DNA from: Macrostomum lignano
Lineage: Eukaryota
Assembly: GCA_002269645.1 (NCBI GenBank)
Contig: NIVC01000108.1
Location: forward strand, 248,001-312,000
DNA: 64,000 bases
Direction: 5' to 3'
Position numbers and translations under genes: made by a program. Under the pieces are notes generated by a model, which was not told the DNA's origin, ran no database searches, and was given only the letters and a program-made list of their open reading frames with translations. Of the stretch, positions 1 through 10,852 are shown one piece after another. Every line of letters begins with the position of its first letter. Position 1 is the stretch's first letter.

Positions 1-369
1 GCCAGGTACTTGGAGTTCTCGAGAAAAGGGCGCGAGGATCGCTACGTGAGACTGCGCTCTGCTCACGGAGACCTGGTGGTCACGGAGGGCGCGATCGAGG
101 ACCTGTACATCCACCGGATTCCCAAGGATCCGATGGCCCGTCGCACGAGCTACACGTTCTCATTCCGGTACATCAACCCGGTGAAGAAGGCGGAGGAGGT
201 CCCGAAGGTCGCCGAGGCGCCGGCCAAGGCCGCCCCGGAGTCGTCGGAGAAGCTGGCCGAGGCTCCGAAGGCGGAGCCGGCTGCCACTGAGGAGACCTCC
301 GCGACCCCGTCTGGCAAGAAGGGCAAGAGCCCCGGCCCGGTGGGCAGCGGCAAAGGCAAGAAGAAGTGA
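1..369 (+). CDS. 3' part of an AlkB-family (ALKBH2/3-like) dioxygenase paralog with a Lys/Ala/Glu/Pro-rich tail; 5' end lies outside the window
   Basis: Nt 1-199 match 2643-2841 at all but one (synonymous) position. It encodes ARYLEFSRK...HGDLVV...HRIPKD...TFSFRY, then a unique tail ending GKGKKK*. Confidence 0.8.
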   Translation, partial: ARYLEFSRKGREDRYVRLRSAHGDLVVTEGAIEDLYIHRIPKDPMARRTSYTFSFRYINPVKKAEEVPKVAEAPAKAAPESSEKLAEAPKAEPAATEETSATPSGKKGKSPGPVGSGKGKKK

Positions 370-1263
370 GCGGTGCCGGTCGGCCCTGCCGGATGCTGCG
401 GACTGCTGAGCTGCCGGTGTGTTTTGTTAATTCGCTTGCTTGTTGTTTAAAGATAAGTTTTGACAGTCGAGCTAGTTGTTGAACAAAAGCATAAATCCTC
501 AAAGTTATTAATAAAGTTTAAGCAATCTTCATTTTCTTTATACGCTTTTTTGTTAGCTCCATTTTCTGTTTTTCTATTGAATTACTTAGTAAGTTGGTTT
601 GCGTCCTCTCATTGCCTTCAATATTACTAAGCAACAGGTCGCACGCTAGTCAAGAAGCAGGACTGTTCCTCCCTGGCCACCTTTATGAGTCGCTGCAACT
701 ATCCATTCAATGTACTAAATTGTTTTTCCGTATTCAAAAATTCTCAGCTTTGTCGCTTTTTTATTTATCAATCGTAACTTTAAGGTTCGCTTTTGTTTGC
801 TAGTGAGCTGGCCTGGTGGCTGACTCGGGTCTTGTTTTTTCTATGCAGGTCTGTTGCGCAATATTATCAATAAGAGACTAATAAATCAACCACAGCTGCA
901 ATCAGCTTCCAGTACCCGTTTTGGGTCTGTTCTCTCTGCAATGTTTAGCTTGCTAAATTAAAGTACATTTGTGTGTAGTCGCGCGCTCCTACCCAGTCTC
1001 CGATCATTGCGATTGGGAGTTTTCTACTACTAAATAGTTTTTGTTCTAATAATATCCGCTGTAGCGGAGCCCGGCTCGTGTGAGACGCCGACCGCTTGGC
1101 GCCTCGCTAGGGCGCCATCGGTTTGCGCCTCAATTTATTAGCGTTGGCTCATTTTGGAATCGCTGTTTTGAAGCTGTTGGATCTTGCAATAAAATAGGAA
1201 ACAGTCCTGGTTTAAGCGCGTCGCATTTCTGTGTTGTTTATTTTGCGGTAGAACATGGTTCCA

Positions 1264-1725
1264 TAAGCAGGACTCTGAAGTGTTATGCTGAGGCTGTAGC
1301 TAAGCAGGACCCTGAAGTGTTATGCAGAGGCTGTAGCTAAGCAGGACCCTGAAGTGTTATGCTGAGGCTGTAGCTAAGCAGGACCCTGAAGTGTTATGCA
1401 GAGGCTGTAGCTAAGCAGGACCCTGAAGTGTTATGCTGAGGCTGTAGCTAAGCAGGACCCTGAAGTGTTATGCTGAGGCTGTAGCTAAGCAGGACCCTGA
1501 AGTGTTATGCTGAGGCTGTAGCTAAGCAGGACCCTGAAGTGTTATGCTGAGGCTGTAGCTAAGCAGGACCCTGAAGTGTTATGCTGAGGCTGTAGCTAAG
1601 CAGGACCCTGAAGTGTTATGCTGAGGCTGTAGCTAAGCAGGACCCTGAAGTGTTATGCTGAGGCTGTAGCTAAGCAGGACCCTGAAGTGTTATGCTGAGG
1701 CTGTAGCTAAGCAGGACCCTGAAGT
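1264..1725. repeat. 37-bp minisatellite, about 12.5 copies (TAAGCAGGACCCTGAAGTGTTATGCTGAGGCTGTAGC)
   Basis: Period 37 read directly (units start at 1264, 1301, 1338...). Confidence 0.97.
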
Positions 1726-1817
1726 TTAATAAAGTTTCTATGTCACAATGGCACAGGCTTTCGCATAACAACGCAGTAAGGTTATTTGCTTCATCCAATT
1801 ACAGATTCGACGTAAAG

Positions 1818-2879
1818 ATGGAGAAAGTCCCGATTGATGCCTCTGAGATCCTGATCCTGGCCTGTCCTCAGTGCCAGTTCATGACGCTGAAGGTGGCGTC
1901 TCTAGATGGCCACCTGAAGGAGCACAACTGCAGGATCCACGTGAAGCTGAACAAGTGCAAGCAGTGCGGCATGATCACCAACTCAGACAAGGTGATTGAG
2001 GAGCACTTGCAGATCTGGCACCCAAGCAAGGACGTGAAGGAAAACATTGCCATTGTGTTTGATGAGACTTACAACCAGGACAAGCCGGCTAGTGAGCCCA
2101 AGGCAGTGACGAATGCTGGTGGTGGTGGTGATGCTCAGAAGTCAGGAAAGTCGAGCATTGCTGGTCTGCCGCAGATCAATCTGCTGCAGCTGATGTACAT
2201 GGCCCACGGACCTGTGGAGATCAACCTGCCTGGCAGTTACCAGCTGGACAGGACCAAGGACGGGGTGCACGCGTGCATCTCGTTCATGCCGAGCTTCTTG
2301 AACCGGACTGTCGGTGAGAACTTCATGGAGAGTCTGAAGCAGGATCTGTCGTGGAAGCAGCTGACTTTGACAACAAAGGACGGCAAGGAGCGTCAGGAGC
2401 CTCGCCTGACCTGCTATGTCGGTCCTGACTTTGAGTATTGTGGCAACAAGTTCGAGAACTGCAACGACTGGAACCCGAAGCTGAAGGATCTGAAGGAGAT
2501 CGTAGAGAAGGCGGTTGGGCGGGAGTTCAACGCAGTGATTTGCTACATGTACCGCAACGGCAGGGACAGCCTTGGGTGGCACTGCGAGAAAGAGAAGCCG
2601 CTTGGTGAGCACCCGTACATTGCGGCTGTGAGTTTGGGCCAGGCCAGGTACTTGGAGTTCTCGAGAAAGGGGCGCGAGGATCGCTACGTGAGACTGCGCT
2701 CTGCTCACGGAGACCTGGTGGTCACGGAGGGCGCGATCGAGGACCTGTACATCCACCGGATTCCCAAGGATCCGATGGCCCGTCGCACGAGCTACACGTT
2801 CTCATTCCGGTACATCAACCCGGTGAAGAAGGCGGAGGAGGCCCCGAAAGCCGCCGGTGCTAGCGGTGATTCAGCCTGA
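1818..2879 (+). CDS. Intronless C2H2 zinc finger (x2) - AlkB 2OG-Fe(II) dioxygenase fusion protein (ALKBH2/3-like domain)
   Basis: CPQC-x12-H-x3-H and CKQC-x12-H-x4-H at 1863-2021. C-terminal half has EPRLTCY, FNAVICYMYRNGRDSLGWHCE, IAAVSLG, HGDLVV and HRIPK, matching ALKBH2/3 motifs. The ORF opens at 1740; ATG 1818 (AAGATGG) is the likelier start. Confidence 0.85.
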   Translation: MEKVPIDASEILILACPQCQFMTLKVASLDGHLKEHNCRIHVKLNKCKQCGMITNSDKVIEEHLQIWHPSKDVKENIAIVFDETYNQDKPASEPKAVTNAGGGGDAQKSGKSSIAGLPQINLLQLMYMAHGPVEINLPGSYQLDRTKDGVHACISFMPSFLNRTVGENFMESLKQDLSWKQLTLTTKDGKERQEPRLTCYVGPDFEYCGNKFENCNDWNPKLKDLKEIVEKAVGREFNAVICYMYRNGRDSLGWHCEKEKPLGEHPYIAAVSLGQARYLEFSRKGREDRYVRLRSAHGDLVVTEGAIEDLYIHRIPKDPMARRTSYTFSFRYINPVKKAEEAPKAAGASGDSA

Positions 2880-3436
2880 ACAAAAGTACTCGGTGTCACA
2901 TGAAACTGTTTAGGTTGGTTGGCCCATTGAATGCGACTTATCGCGATTCGACATTGGTTTTCCATTAGAGTGCATTGCGGCGCTTTTGTACCGACTTTTG
3001 TTGCTGCTAATTTATTTCCTGGTCGCCTCTTCGCCCATTTTGTCACCCTGTCTCCAAAGTTTCCAAAGCCTACTACAGTTAGAGTTGTTCCTGTTCCAGC
3101 AATGTTCTGTGCCAGTCCGGTTTGTGCTGCGTTACAATTCAAGTCCGGTTCCACTTGCAGAGACTCCAGAATCCCGCTCCAGTGTTTTCCTTCTCATTCC
3201 CTCGAGTTTGAAACTGTACTATGTGAGCTCGTCCCTAGTAGCGCCTGTTGACGCTTTAACACCTTTTTGTACTCGACAGGTCAGCGATTTGTTTATTTTT
3301 TCTGTTCACATAAAAAAATAGATCCACAACGATTATGGATACACATGACTGGATAAAACCTTTTAATTATATTTTTTATTTCATTTATATGGTCGGGTAG
3401 ATTATATGTAATAATTTGAAACTGCCAGCTAGCGCC

Positions 3437-3933
3437 TCAGGTTGGTCCTCCACCTTCCCAGATCGTCAGGTTGGTCCTCCATCTTCCCAGATCGTCAGGT
3501 TGGTCCTCCATCTTCCCAGATCGTCAGGTTGGTCCTCCACTTTCCCAGATCGTCAGGTCGGTCCTCCAGCTTCCCAGACCATCAGGTTGGTCCTCCACTT
3601 TCCCAGATCGTCAGGTTGGTCCTCCATCTTCCCAGATCGTCAGGTTGGTCCTCCACCTTCCCAGATCATCAGGTCGGTCCTCCAGCTTCCCAGACCATCA
3701 GGTTGGTCCTCCACTTTCCCAGACCACCAGGTTGGTCCTCCACTTTCCCAGACCATCAGGTTGGTCCTCCACTTTCCCAGACCACCAGGTTGGTCCTCCA
3801 CTTTCCCAGACCATCAGGTTGGTCCTCCACTTTCCCAGATCGTCAGGTTGGTTCTCCATCTTCCCAGATCTTGTTGGTCCTCCAGCTTCCCAGATCGTCA
3901 GCTTGGTCCTTCATCTTCCTAGATCATCAGCTT
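3437..3933. repeat. 29-bp degenerate minisatellite, about 17 copies (CAGATCGTCAGGTTGGTCCTCCATCTTCC)
   Basis: Directly visible tandem units; explains ORFs 3416-3954. Confidence 0.93.
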
Positions 3934-4474
3934 GATTACCATTTTTGCCTTTAATAACAGGTGGGTGGCATCCAGGACCATTCGAGCCATATGTAGACAT
4001 ACTTTAGGAATCTACTGTATACCAGCACCCGCGACATGATCGGGATGAATAAGTCCTAGGACTCACTGAGTCACTGCAAATTGTCCTCGGATTTCCCTTG
4101 ATGCTGTGTGCTCAATTAGGTTGTGTGTACCCGCCTCTGTACCCGCGCAGAAGCGCGACTGACCGCTCCGAGCTGACATAAATTAGCTTAGCATCGGGAC
4201 ACTGGGGTGGCTAAACCTGCAAGTACTGTACACACCCGAGCGCTGTGCTGAGTGAGTTATTCGGCTGTTTATGGTGACACTGGTCGCAGGGGTCTCTGCC
4301 TCTGCCTGCCGTCCTCCCATTGTTTGCTGACAGGCCAGATGCGACGCCTGCGCATTCAGAGTTACTGAGGAGGGGGTGGAGGTGGGGTGGCAAGTGAGAT
4401 AAGCAAATGCCTCAGGCTAAGAGAGAAAAGCAAACGGCAAGAGGCCGCGCCTGCAGAATTATTGGAATTATTGG

Positions 4475-5284
4475 ATGGGCATCTCCATGCAGCTCTCTGC
4501 AGTTGACGCCGCCGTGAATGGAAGCTGGCTGGCCGGCGCAGCTGTCAATAACAGCGTTCCGATGAACCCGACTCGGCTCCCGAATGCTACCACCTCGCTC
4601 CGTCTGGTGGTGACCGTGGCAATCATGGTTTGCGCCGCCCTTTGCGGCTGGCTGGTGGCCAAGCTGTTGAACTGCTATCTGGCCCGGGCGCCGCTGCCCA
4701 GCAATGGCGACACGGACAGCGAGATGAGCGAGCACACCGTACGGCTGCTGCGCCTGCAGCGCCAGCGAGGCCGCCAGCTGCAGCTCTCCGAGGTGGAGAA
4801 GGCTAATTTTCACAGCGTAGTGGTGGACATGTGGCGCCAGCGACCCCACAGCCTCGATCTCAACGCATTGCACGGCGGAGGCGACAGCGCTCTGCAGCGG
4901 TTGCGAAGTGCCTGGCGTCAGCTGCGGCCGCTGAACGAAGTCGAAGGCGAGGACAAGTCTGGGGAGCCGGACCAGTCGATCGAGCTGGAGCGGCAGCGAC
5001 GTCTGAGTCTTTTGGTGCAGCGCCTGGGAGCAGCCTGGCTGGCAGCGAGCCGAGGGACAGCCCAGCTCCAGGTGTCGGAGGGGCCACTTGGTGAGGCTCA
5101 GGCAGCGGACAAAGCCGAGGATGTTGAACAGGCGGAAGCTGTGCTGGTGACCCCGGCTAAGGTGACAAATAATACTAATTACGGTCTTGAAGCGGTACCC
5201 GAGGAGTCTCCTGAGCTGACTGGCGATGTTGCAGAGACTGTCGAGACCGGGTTCTTGGGCAGGTGGACCTGTTCACTCATGTGA
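4475..5284 (+). CDS. Uncharacterised intronless single-pass membrane protein (269 aa)
   Basis: GC-rich ORF with codon use like the other host exons and one hydrophobic segment (LVVTVAIMVCAALCGWLVAKLL). No family recognised. Confidence 0.55.
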   Translation: MGISMQLSAVDAAVNGSWLAGAAVNNSVPMNPTRLPNATTSLRLVVTVAIMVCAALCGWLVAKLLNCYLARAPLPSNGDTDSEMSEHTVRLLRLQRQRGRQLQLSEVEKANFHSVVVDMWRQRPHSLDLNALHGGGDSALQRLRSAWRQLRPLNEVEGEDKSGEPDQSIELERQRRLSLLVQRLGAAWLAASRGTAQLQVSEGPLGEAQAADKAEDVEQAEAVLVTPAKVTNNTNYGLEAVPEESPELTGDVAETVETGFLGRWTCSLM

Positions 5285-5556
5285 GATGAGGGAGGACTCT
5301 GCAAGTGCAGTGAGGCTTGCACACTGAGTGACTGAACACGTGTGACAACTTTCGCTAGTCACTACCTGTTGTCCGTTTGCACACGCGGCATTAACCAGCT
5401 CTGGAGTGGCGGCAACCTGACGCGTTAGCTAAATTACATGTACAAGCTGATTAATCGTATGTGACTCGCATTCCTCTCATACTACCGTATTTGCAGTACA
5501 CTTGCATGCTATTCCTAAGTACATGTCATTGTCCAACTCACATTAGTGCCTCAGAA

Positions 5557-5796
5557 CAAGTAGACTTAATTATAGCTCGTATGTTCATCAGATTTTATAC
5601 TTTGCTTTTCGTTGACTTACGAACTTCGCAGTCTTAAGAAATGTTAAGCATTAATTTTAGATAATTAGAGTCGAATATAAATTTGCATGCGATGGCTGAT
5701 CAATTCGAAAGTTCGAAGAAAATCGGTTGAGCTGTTTTTGCTAAAAATCGATCACATACCTACCTGGATACCGACAGACCATTTTTATTATATGGA
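5557..5796 (-). mobile_element. Possible short non-autonomous Helitron-like element
   Basis: Minus strand begins A|TCCATATAATAAAAATGGTCTGTC (typical Helitron 5' end) and could end CTTG|T. No clear 3' hairpin seen. Confidence 0.3.
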
Positions 5797-5854
5797 TTTA
5801 ACATTACAAGCTTTAATTTCGGTGAACGCGACTCTAACACGGAGTTTGACTCTA

Positions 5855-6275
5855 AGGGTGAGTTAGACACGACTATAGGGGTGAGTTAGACACTAATCTA
5901 AGAGTGAGTTAGACACACTAGGGGTGAGTTAGACACACTAGGGGTGAGTTAGACACGACTATAGGGTTGAGTTAGACACGACTCTAGGGGTGAGTTAGAC
6001 ACTAATCTAAGAGTGAGTTAGACACACTAGGGGTGAGTTAGACACACTAGGGGTGAGTTAGACACTAGGGTGAGTTAGACACGACTCCAAGGGCAAGTTA
6101 GACACTAATCTAAGGGTGAGTTAGACACTCTAGGAGTGAGTTAGACACTCTAGGAGTGAGTTAGACACTAATCTAAGGGTGAGTTAGACACTCTAGGAGT
6201 GAGTTAGACACACAGGGTGAGTTACACACGATTTGGGTGAGTTGCAATCTACTCTGGGGGTGAGTTAGATACGAC
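5855..6275. repeat. Degenerate minisatellite with core GGGTGAGTTAGACAC, variable unit of about 18-25 bp
   Basis: Core motif repeated more than 15 times. Confidence 0.9.
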
Positions 6276-6399
6276 TCAAGAGAATAATTTAGAAAATATA
6301 AAAAACCAAAAAGTTGTTTAACAGGAGAGCATTTTGCTTATCTAATTTATCTAGAACAGACTTTGCTTATTACTTTAAGTAGTTTGGTGGACAATAAGT

Positions 6400-7430
6400 G
6401 GAATATCGATTTGCATTTGAAACATACTCGACTGATGTATTTAACTTGTTAAATCTCCTATTCAAATCGTCTTCAGGCACGTCTTTTAATTTTTTGCTAA
6501 CCATAACCATCCACAAGCCTATAATGGTGATGGCTTCCGTGCTCACAACTCACTCTCTGATCCTCATTCTCCTCAAACTTCCGATAGATCTTACCTAGCA
6601 CTTTCTCCTGAAGGCTCGTCTTATTCTTACTTCAAGTGGTAACATTCTTTTCTTGCACTTCTATATATAAATTTCTTAAACTCTTGTCTTCCAGCAGAAG
6701 AAAAAGTTTTAACTTTTCCCTGGTTTTCCCATGGATTCCCCCGTGGCTTTCCCTACACCGCTCCCGGGGCTTGCCCATGGGAAGTTCCCTAAGACGTGTG
6801 TGCAGTCCAGTTGTCTCTCATCCAATAAGAATGCGTCGGATGAACTCCTCTGTACTCCGTGTGTGCGATTTGTACGGAGCTTTTTGGTTCCATATTTCTC
6901 TAATCTAATAATAGCTCTCTACGGCTTCAAACATCCACCTGTGGATGGAGCTGGCTGTGGTTTTCCACAGAGCCTGCTTCGAACAACGAGAGGACCCTAT
7001 ACTACTCTAGGAAATTATTTTAGAAAATTAACAAATATTTTTTAACACCGAAACACGTGCCGAGCACCAGACTCAGGGATTTGCTGAGCTGCTGGATAAT
7101 TTGCAGTTGGAGACTGTTGCGACTTTTATATTAATGATGAAGTTGTTAGATTTTGCAAGACAAGCATTGCATGAATATACCCGGATGGAGCTAGTGCAGA
7201 TATTAGAAGTTTAGCAACTAACTTCGCTATTAACCTCTCAGTAAGCATAATTAACAAGAACAGAACGACGCGCATAAAAAGCTACTTCAACAGCGAATTG
7301 TTTTGATGCATAGTTAAGCAGAAAGAAGAGTTCGGTGATGCTGCAAGCGTTCATTCAAGCTTGACAGCGTCACTTTCTGGATATAAACATTTGATCATAC
7401 AGTTTGGAAAATCCACCTTACTAATAATAG
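6400..7430. pseudogene. Decayed coding remnants of unknown family (minus about 6400-7000; plus about 7060-7430)
   Basis: Protein-like stretches broken by stops or frameshifts, e.g. TSLQEKVLGKIYRKFEENED (minus) and FAELLDNLQLETVATFILMMKLLDF (plus). Confidence 0.3.
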
Positions 7431-7479
7431 TAAAAATACTAAAAACAGTATTAATAATATAATAAATATAACTATAGTA

Positions 7480-8253
7480 TTAGGCGTGGTTGATATTCGG
7501 TTTATACATGTACTTGTAAACAGCATTTGGGGGTACATTAAATACATTTTTAATACATTCGATACTACGGATTTTTACAAGAAAAATTGGGCGTCTATCA
7601 TAACTAGGCTGAGACACATAGAAGCCATGCTCCTTGAGTCCATTTGTAAGTTTAGGACTGCAGTTATCGATAACGAAAATCCGACCTCCGAGGCTGAGGA
7701 TCTGCGGCACGGCCTGACCCAGAAGCTCGATCTTGTCCACCGCCCGGGCGTAGCTGGAAATTACCAGATCGAACTGCATTCCGTGTTCGATGCAGTACCC
7801 CACGTAGTCGGCACAGTCTACTTTGTACATAGTCCAGTGGACAGCAATATTTGATTCGCACATAGCCATGAGCTGATTTACTTCTGTTTCAAAAGGCTTC
7901 ATGTCCCAGGACGCCACATCTACTCCGGTGCAGATTATCTCCATCGGTGCGCCAGCAGACGCGTCGGCGAAGGCCCTGACGGCAGCCAGCAGGTCCGTGC
8001 CGGGTCCCGAGCCCAGAGACAGGACTCTGAGCTGAGGCACTGGCAGCCGTGGCCAGTTCTGGTTCATCATTCTGGCATCCAAACAGCAGTGGAGCAGATC
8101 TTCTACTTCGGAAGCGATGCATCTGTAGCAGCCCCGAGCTTTTGGTACCATTTCTTTTGTGTATGAGTCTCGGAACTCTTGTTGATGGTAGTAGTCCATT
8201 CGGTCCTTGTTGTGCTCCCGCTGCCAGTCCTCGTAATTGGAGCTGTGTGCCAT
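7480..8253 (-). CDS. Class I SAM-dependent methyltransferase, intronless, 257 aa, substrate unknown
   Basis: Motif I LRVLSLGSGPGTD, acidic motif II CTGVD, FDLVISSY and LSLGGRIFVID occur in Rossmann-fold order; reading frame uninterrupted. Confidence 0.75.
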   Translation of the reverse strand: MAHSSNYEDWQREHNKDRMDYYHQQEFRDSYTKEMVPKARGCYRCIASEVEDLLHCCLDARMMNQNWPRLPVPQLRVLSLGSGPGTDLLAAVRAFADASAGAPMEIICTGVDVASWDMKPFETEVNQLMAMCESNIAVHWTMYKVDCADYVGYCIEHGMQFDLVISSYARAVDKIELLGQAVPQILSLGGRIFVIDNCSPKLTNGLKEHGFYVSQPSYDRRPIFLVKIRSIECIKNVFNVPPNAVYKYMYKPNINHA

Positions 8254-8425
8254 CTTGCAGTTTTAGTGACTTGCTATGCAGGTATAAGCTTGTTTTTTTA
8301 CGCGGTCTTTTACGCTCGTATAAATGGGCCTGTGGGAATGCTAAATTTAGCTGTTGACTAACGCGCCGCAAATTCATGCACAATCTGAGACGATCGTGCG
8401 GCGCTCCGGCTACACTGCCACACGG

Positions 8426-8537
8426 AAGCCACGGAAATACCATGGGGCCTCCTAGTGAGACATAGATCAATGTGTTTGCATGGGAGAACTCTGCCGCAGG
8501 AAAAGCCACGGAAATACCATGGGGCCTCCTAGTGAGA
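8426..8537. repeat. CCATGG-rich dispersed repeat; direct copy at 11618-11710, diverged inverted copy at about 6720-6780
   Basis: AAGCCACGGAAATACCATGGGGCCTCCTAGTGAGA occurs at 8426 and 8503. 8439-8524 matches 11618-11710 with one indel. The reverse complement of 6720-6780 shares AGGGAAAGCCACGG...CCATGGG. Confidence 0.8.
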
Positions 8538-8844
8538 ATAGGCAGAGGGGGGTAAGGGGGTACACACGCGCAGTAGTGAAAATGGGGTGAGTCAGAGGGG
8601 GGAGGACGGCCAGACCGGCCCGGCGTAGGAAAGTGCACTGACTCGCATAATCACTACAACACATTGTATCACGCTGGAGCGTGTTTAATGTATTATTTAT
8701 CGTGTGCGCATCAAACGCAAGATTTCAACAATAGTAACTAGCGTGCATCTAACGCATTCAATGCACGGAAACCAATATGAAGGCGGTATATTTAGTGTAG
8801 TTTTAAAGATACGAGTAGTATCAATAATGTGATGATAATAAAAC

Positions 8845-9215
8845 GTACAGTCATTAACATAATAAGGAAGAAAACGATAGCGGAACGGCCGCGTAATAGC
8901 ACCCTCTGGAGATTTCCGACTAAAGTAGCTCGTAGTCAGACAGCCTCTTCATGTCGACAGGTTCGATGGACTGGAAGTGTCGGACGCGTGTACCTCAGGC
9001 AATGAAAATTCTGCCCATTGACTTTAGTGTGGCATTGGAAGCGTATAGAATTCATCATCAGAATATTGATTGAGGCGTCTTGTCGACATAAAATTCCGGT
9101 AGAGGGGCAGCTCAAATGCAAATCAACGTGGCCGGAGCAAAATAATCGCCATCCCGCTTGCGAAGGGTACCATAAAAGTACCGCAACAGTTTGTCGATCT
9201 CTCGCGGTGTAGCAG
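8845..9215 (-). pseudogene. Crypton-type tyrosine recombinase remnant (DUF3504/ZMYM-KCTD1-related N-terminal region)
   Basis: Across frameshifts and stops: EIDKLLRYFYGTLRKRDGDYFAPATLICI*AA, DDEF..SNATLKS, HFQSIEPVDMKRL, YFSRKSPEG, IVFFLIML. These are colinear with the Crypton YR N-terminus as I recall it. Confidence 0.6.
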
Positions 9216-9235
9216 TTGCTAACCCGTTATAGGAC

Positions 9236-10522
9236 TTTCATTAGGACTTTAGTTGGTGGTTCTATATTTGCCAAATACACTTGTAACCCGTAACTAAAGA
9301 TTGACTCGCGCAAACAGATAAGGCGAGCAAAACCAACGCGAGCAGCCTTTAACCGGAGGGGGTGGGTGCGCGCGGACAGAGAGACGGAGGGGGGAGGGGC
9401 GCGACGGAGGGCGAGAGAGTACATAGCGGCCAGGCAGGGGAGCGCAAACGAAACTCGAAACTCGCTTAGACTTTGCGTGACTTACGCGATTCGTAAGTCT
9501 AGTTAAGTCGATAAAATGTTGTCTATGGAAGAGAAGACAAAAAATCAAATCTAAAAAGCTAATTTTAATGATATGGATTTCTTGCTTTACTTTTTACTAA
9601 CAGTAATAGGAAATGGGCACCAGTTTTATTTTTATTTTATTTTAAGAAAGTACCCAAAGAAATACATGCATGTACAAGCAAAAGATTATAATGTTTTAGA
9701 ACGCGAGCAGTTGTTAACCAGTTTTTTTGGCTTGACAGTTAAAAGTCGTAACAGATCAACTCAATTAAAGTAGACAATCAACCCGCACAACTCCACATTG
9801 ACCCCTAAATCACAGAACACACCAGTTGTGGACATCTTAGCTGCAGGGCTGTCCCGGGGGGACACAGCGGGAAGGCGCGAACGCCCATTCCGCTATGTCG
9901 TGGACATCACTACCAATCACACCCTCAGACTTTAGCATTGATAGTATCGAGGTACTTGTTTACGTAATTCACCAACTCTTCCTTTTCTCCAGGCGAGAAG
10001 TTGGGTTGACGCTTGGTCGCCATGATCTTTGTTGTCACTTGCAGTATTAAAGATATCGTACCCTGAGATCTTTCCGATAAGTGCTTCTTACGACTGATAC
10101 CGAGCAGTCGTAGGGTTAAGATCAACCTTACGAAAGACCATAGACATACGAACGTTTCGAGAAACGGTCTTTTGCGCAAAGTTACGAGCTCGCAAAGTTG
10201 CGATCAATCGTACGTCGTTTCAAGTTGCGAGACTTTCGAGCAAGCCATAAGCACTTCCTCCCAACTTACGTCTATGGCCGATCGTAAGTTGCTTTCGAGA
10301 AAGACCCCCCCCCCTGGCCGCTTTGTACTCCGTATGTACTCTCTCGCCCTCCGTCGCGCCCCTCCTCCCTCCGTCTCTCTGTCCGCGCGCACCCACCCCC
10401 TCCGGTTAAAGGCTGCTTGCGTTGGTTTTGCTCGCCTTATCTGTTTGCGCGAGTCAATTTTTAGTTACGGGTTACAAGTGTATTTGGCAAATATAGAGCC
10501 ACCAACTAAAGTCCTAATGAAA
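9236..10522. mobile_element. Non-autonomous DNA element with about 200-bp terminal inverted repeats, enclosing Harbinger-like sequence
   Basis: 9236-9434 is the near-perfect reverse complement of 10313-10522. The interior ends in TTTCGAGAAAGACCCC (Harbinger-like terminus; second copy near 10770-10785). Confidence 0.75.
9925..10023 (-). pseudogene. Truncated Myb/SANT-like DNA-binding ORF typical of PIF/Harbinger ORF2
   Basis: MATKRQPNFSPGEKEELVNYVNKYLDTINAKV* resembles the start of MSANTD-type domains. Confidence 0.5.
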
Positions 10523-10852
10523 TGATATCCGGATTGTCAACCGAAGAGATTGGGGCCATTTTGGATGAGCCTGACGATCTTCCGGAGTCTGTGATAGCTA
10601 GATCCAAAGGACGAGGATATTCTGGATTCATTGTTCCAGGCGATACCCAACTAAAAGGTTCATCTGTTTGAGCTGGAAAAAAATAGTTTCTGAAATCGAG
10701 GATGCCGCTGCTAGCAAGCCATAAGCACTTCCTCCCCAACTTACGTCTATGGCCGATCGTAAGTTGCTTTCGAGAAAGACCCCCTGAAACTGGCTTTTCG
10801 AGAAACTGGCTTAGTATTGATCTTACGCAGAGCGTAAAGTTCGTAAAGCGTA

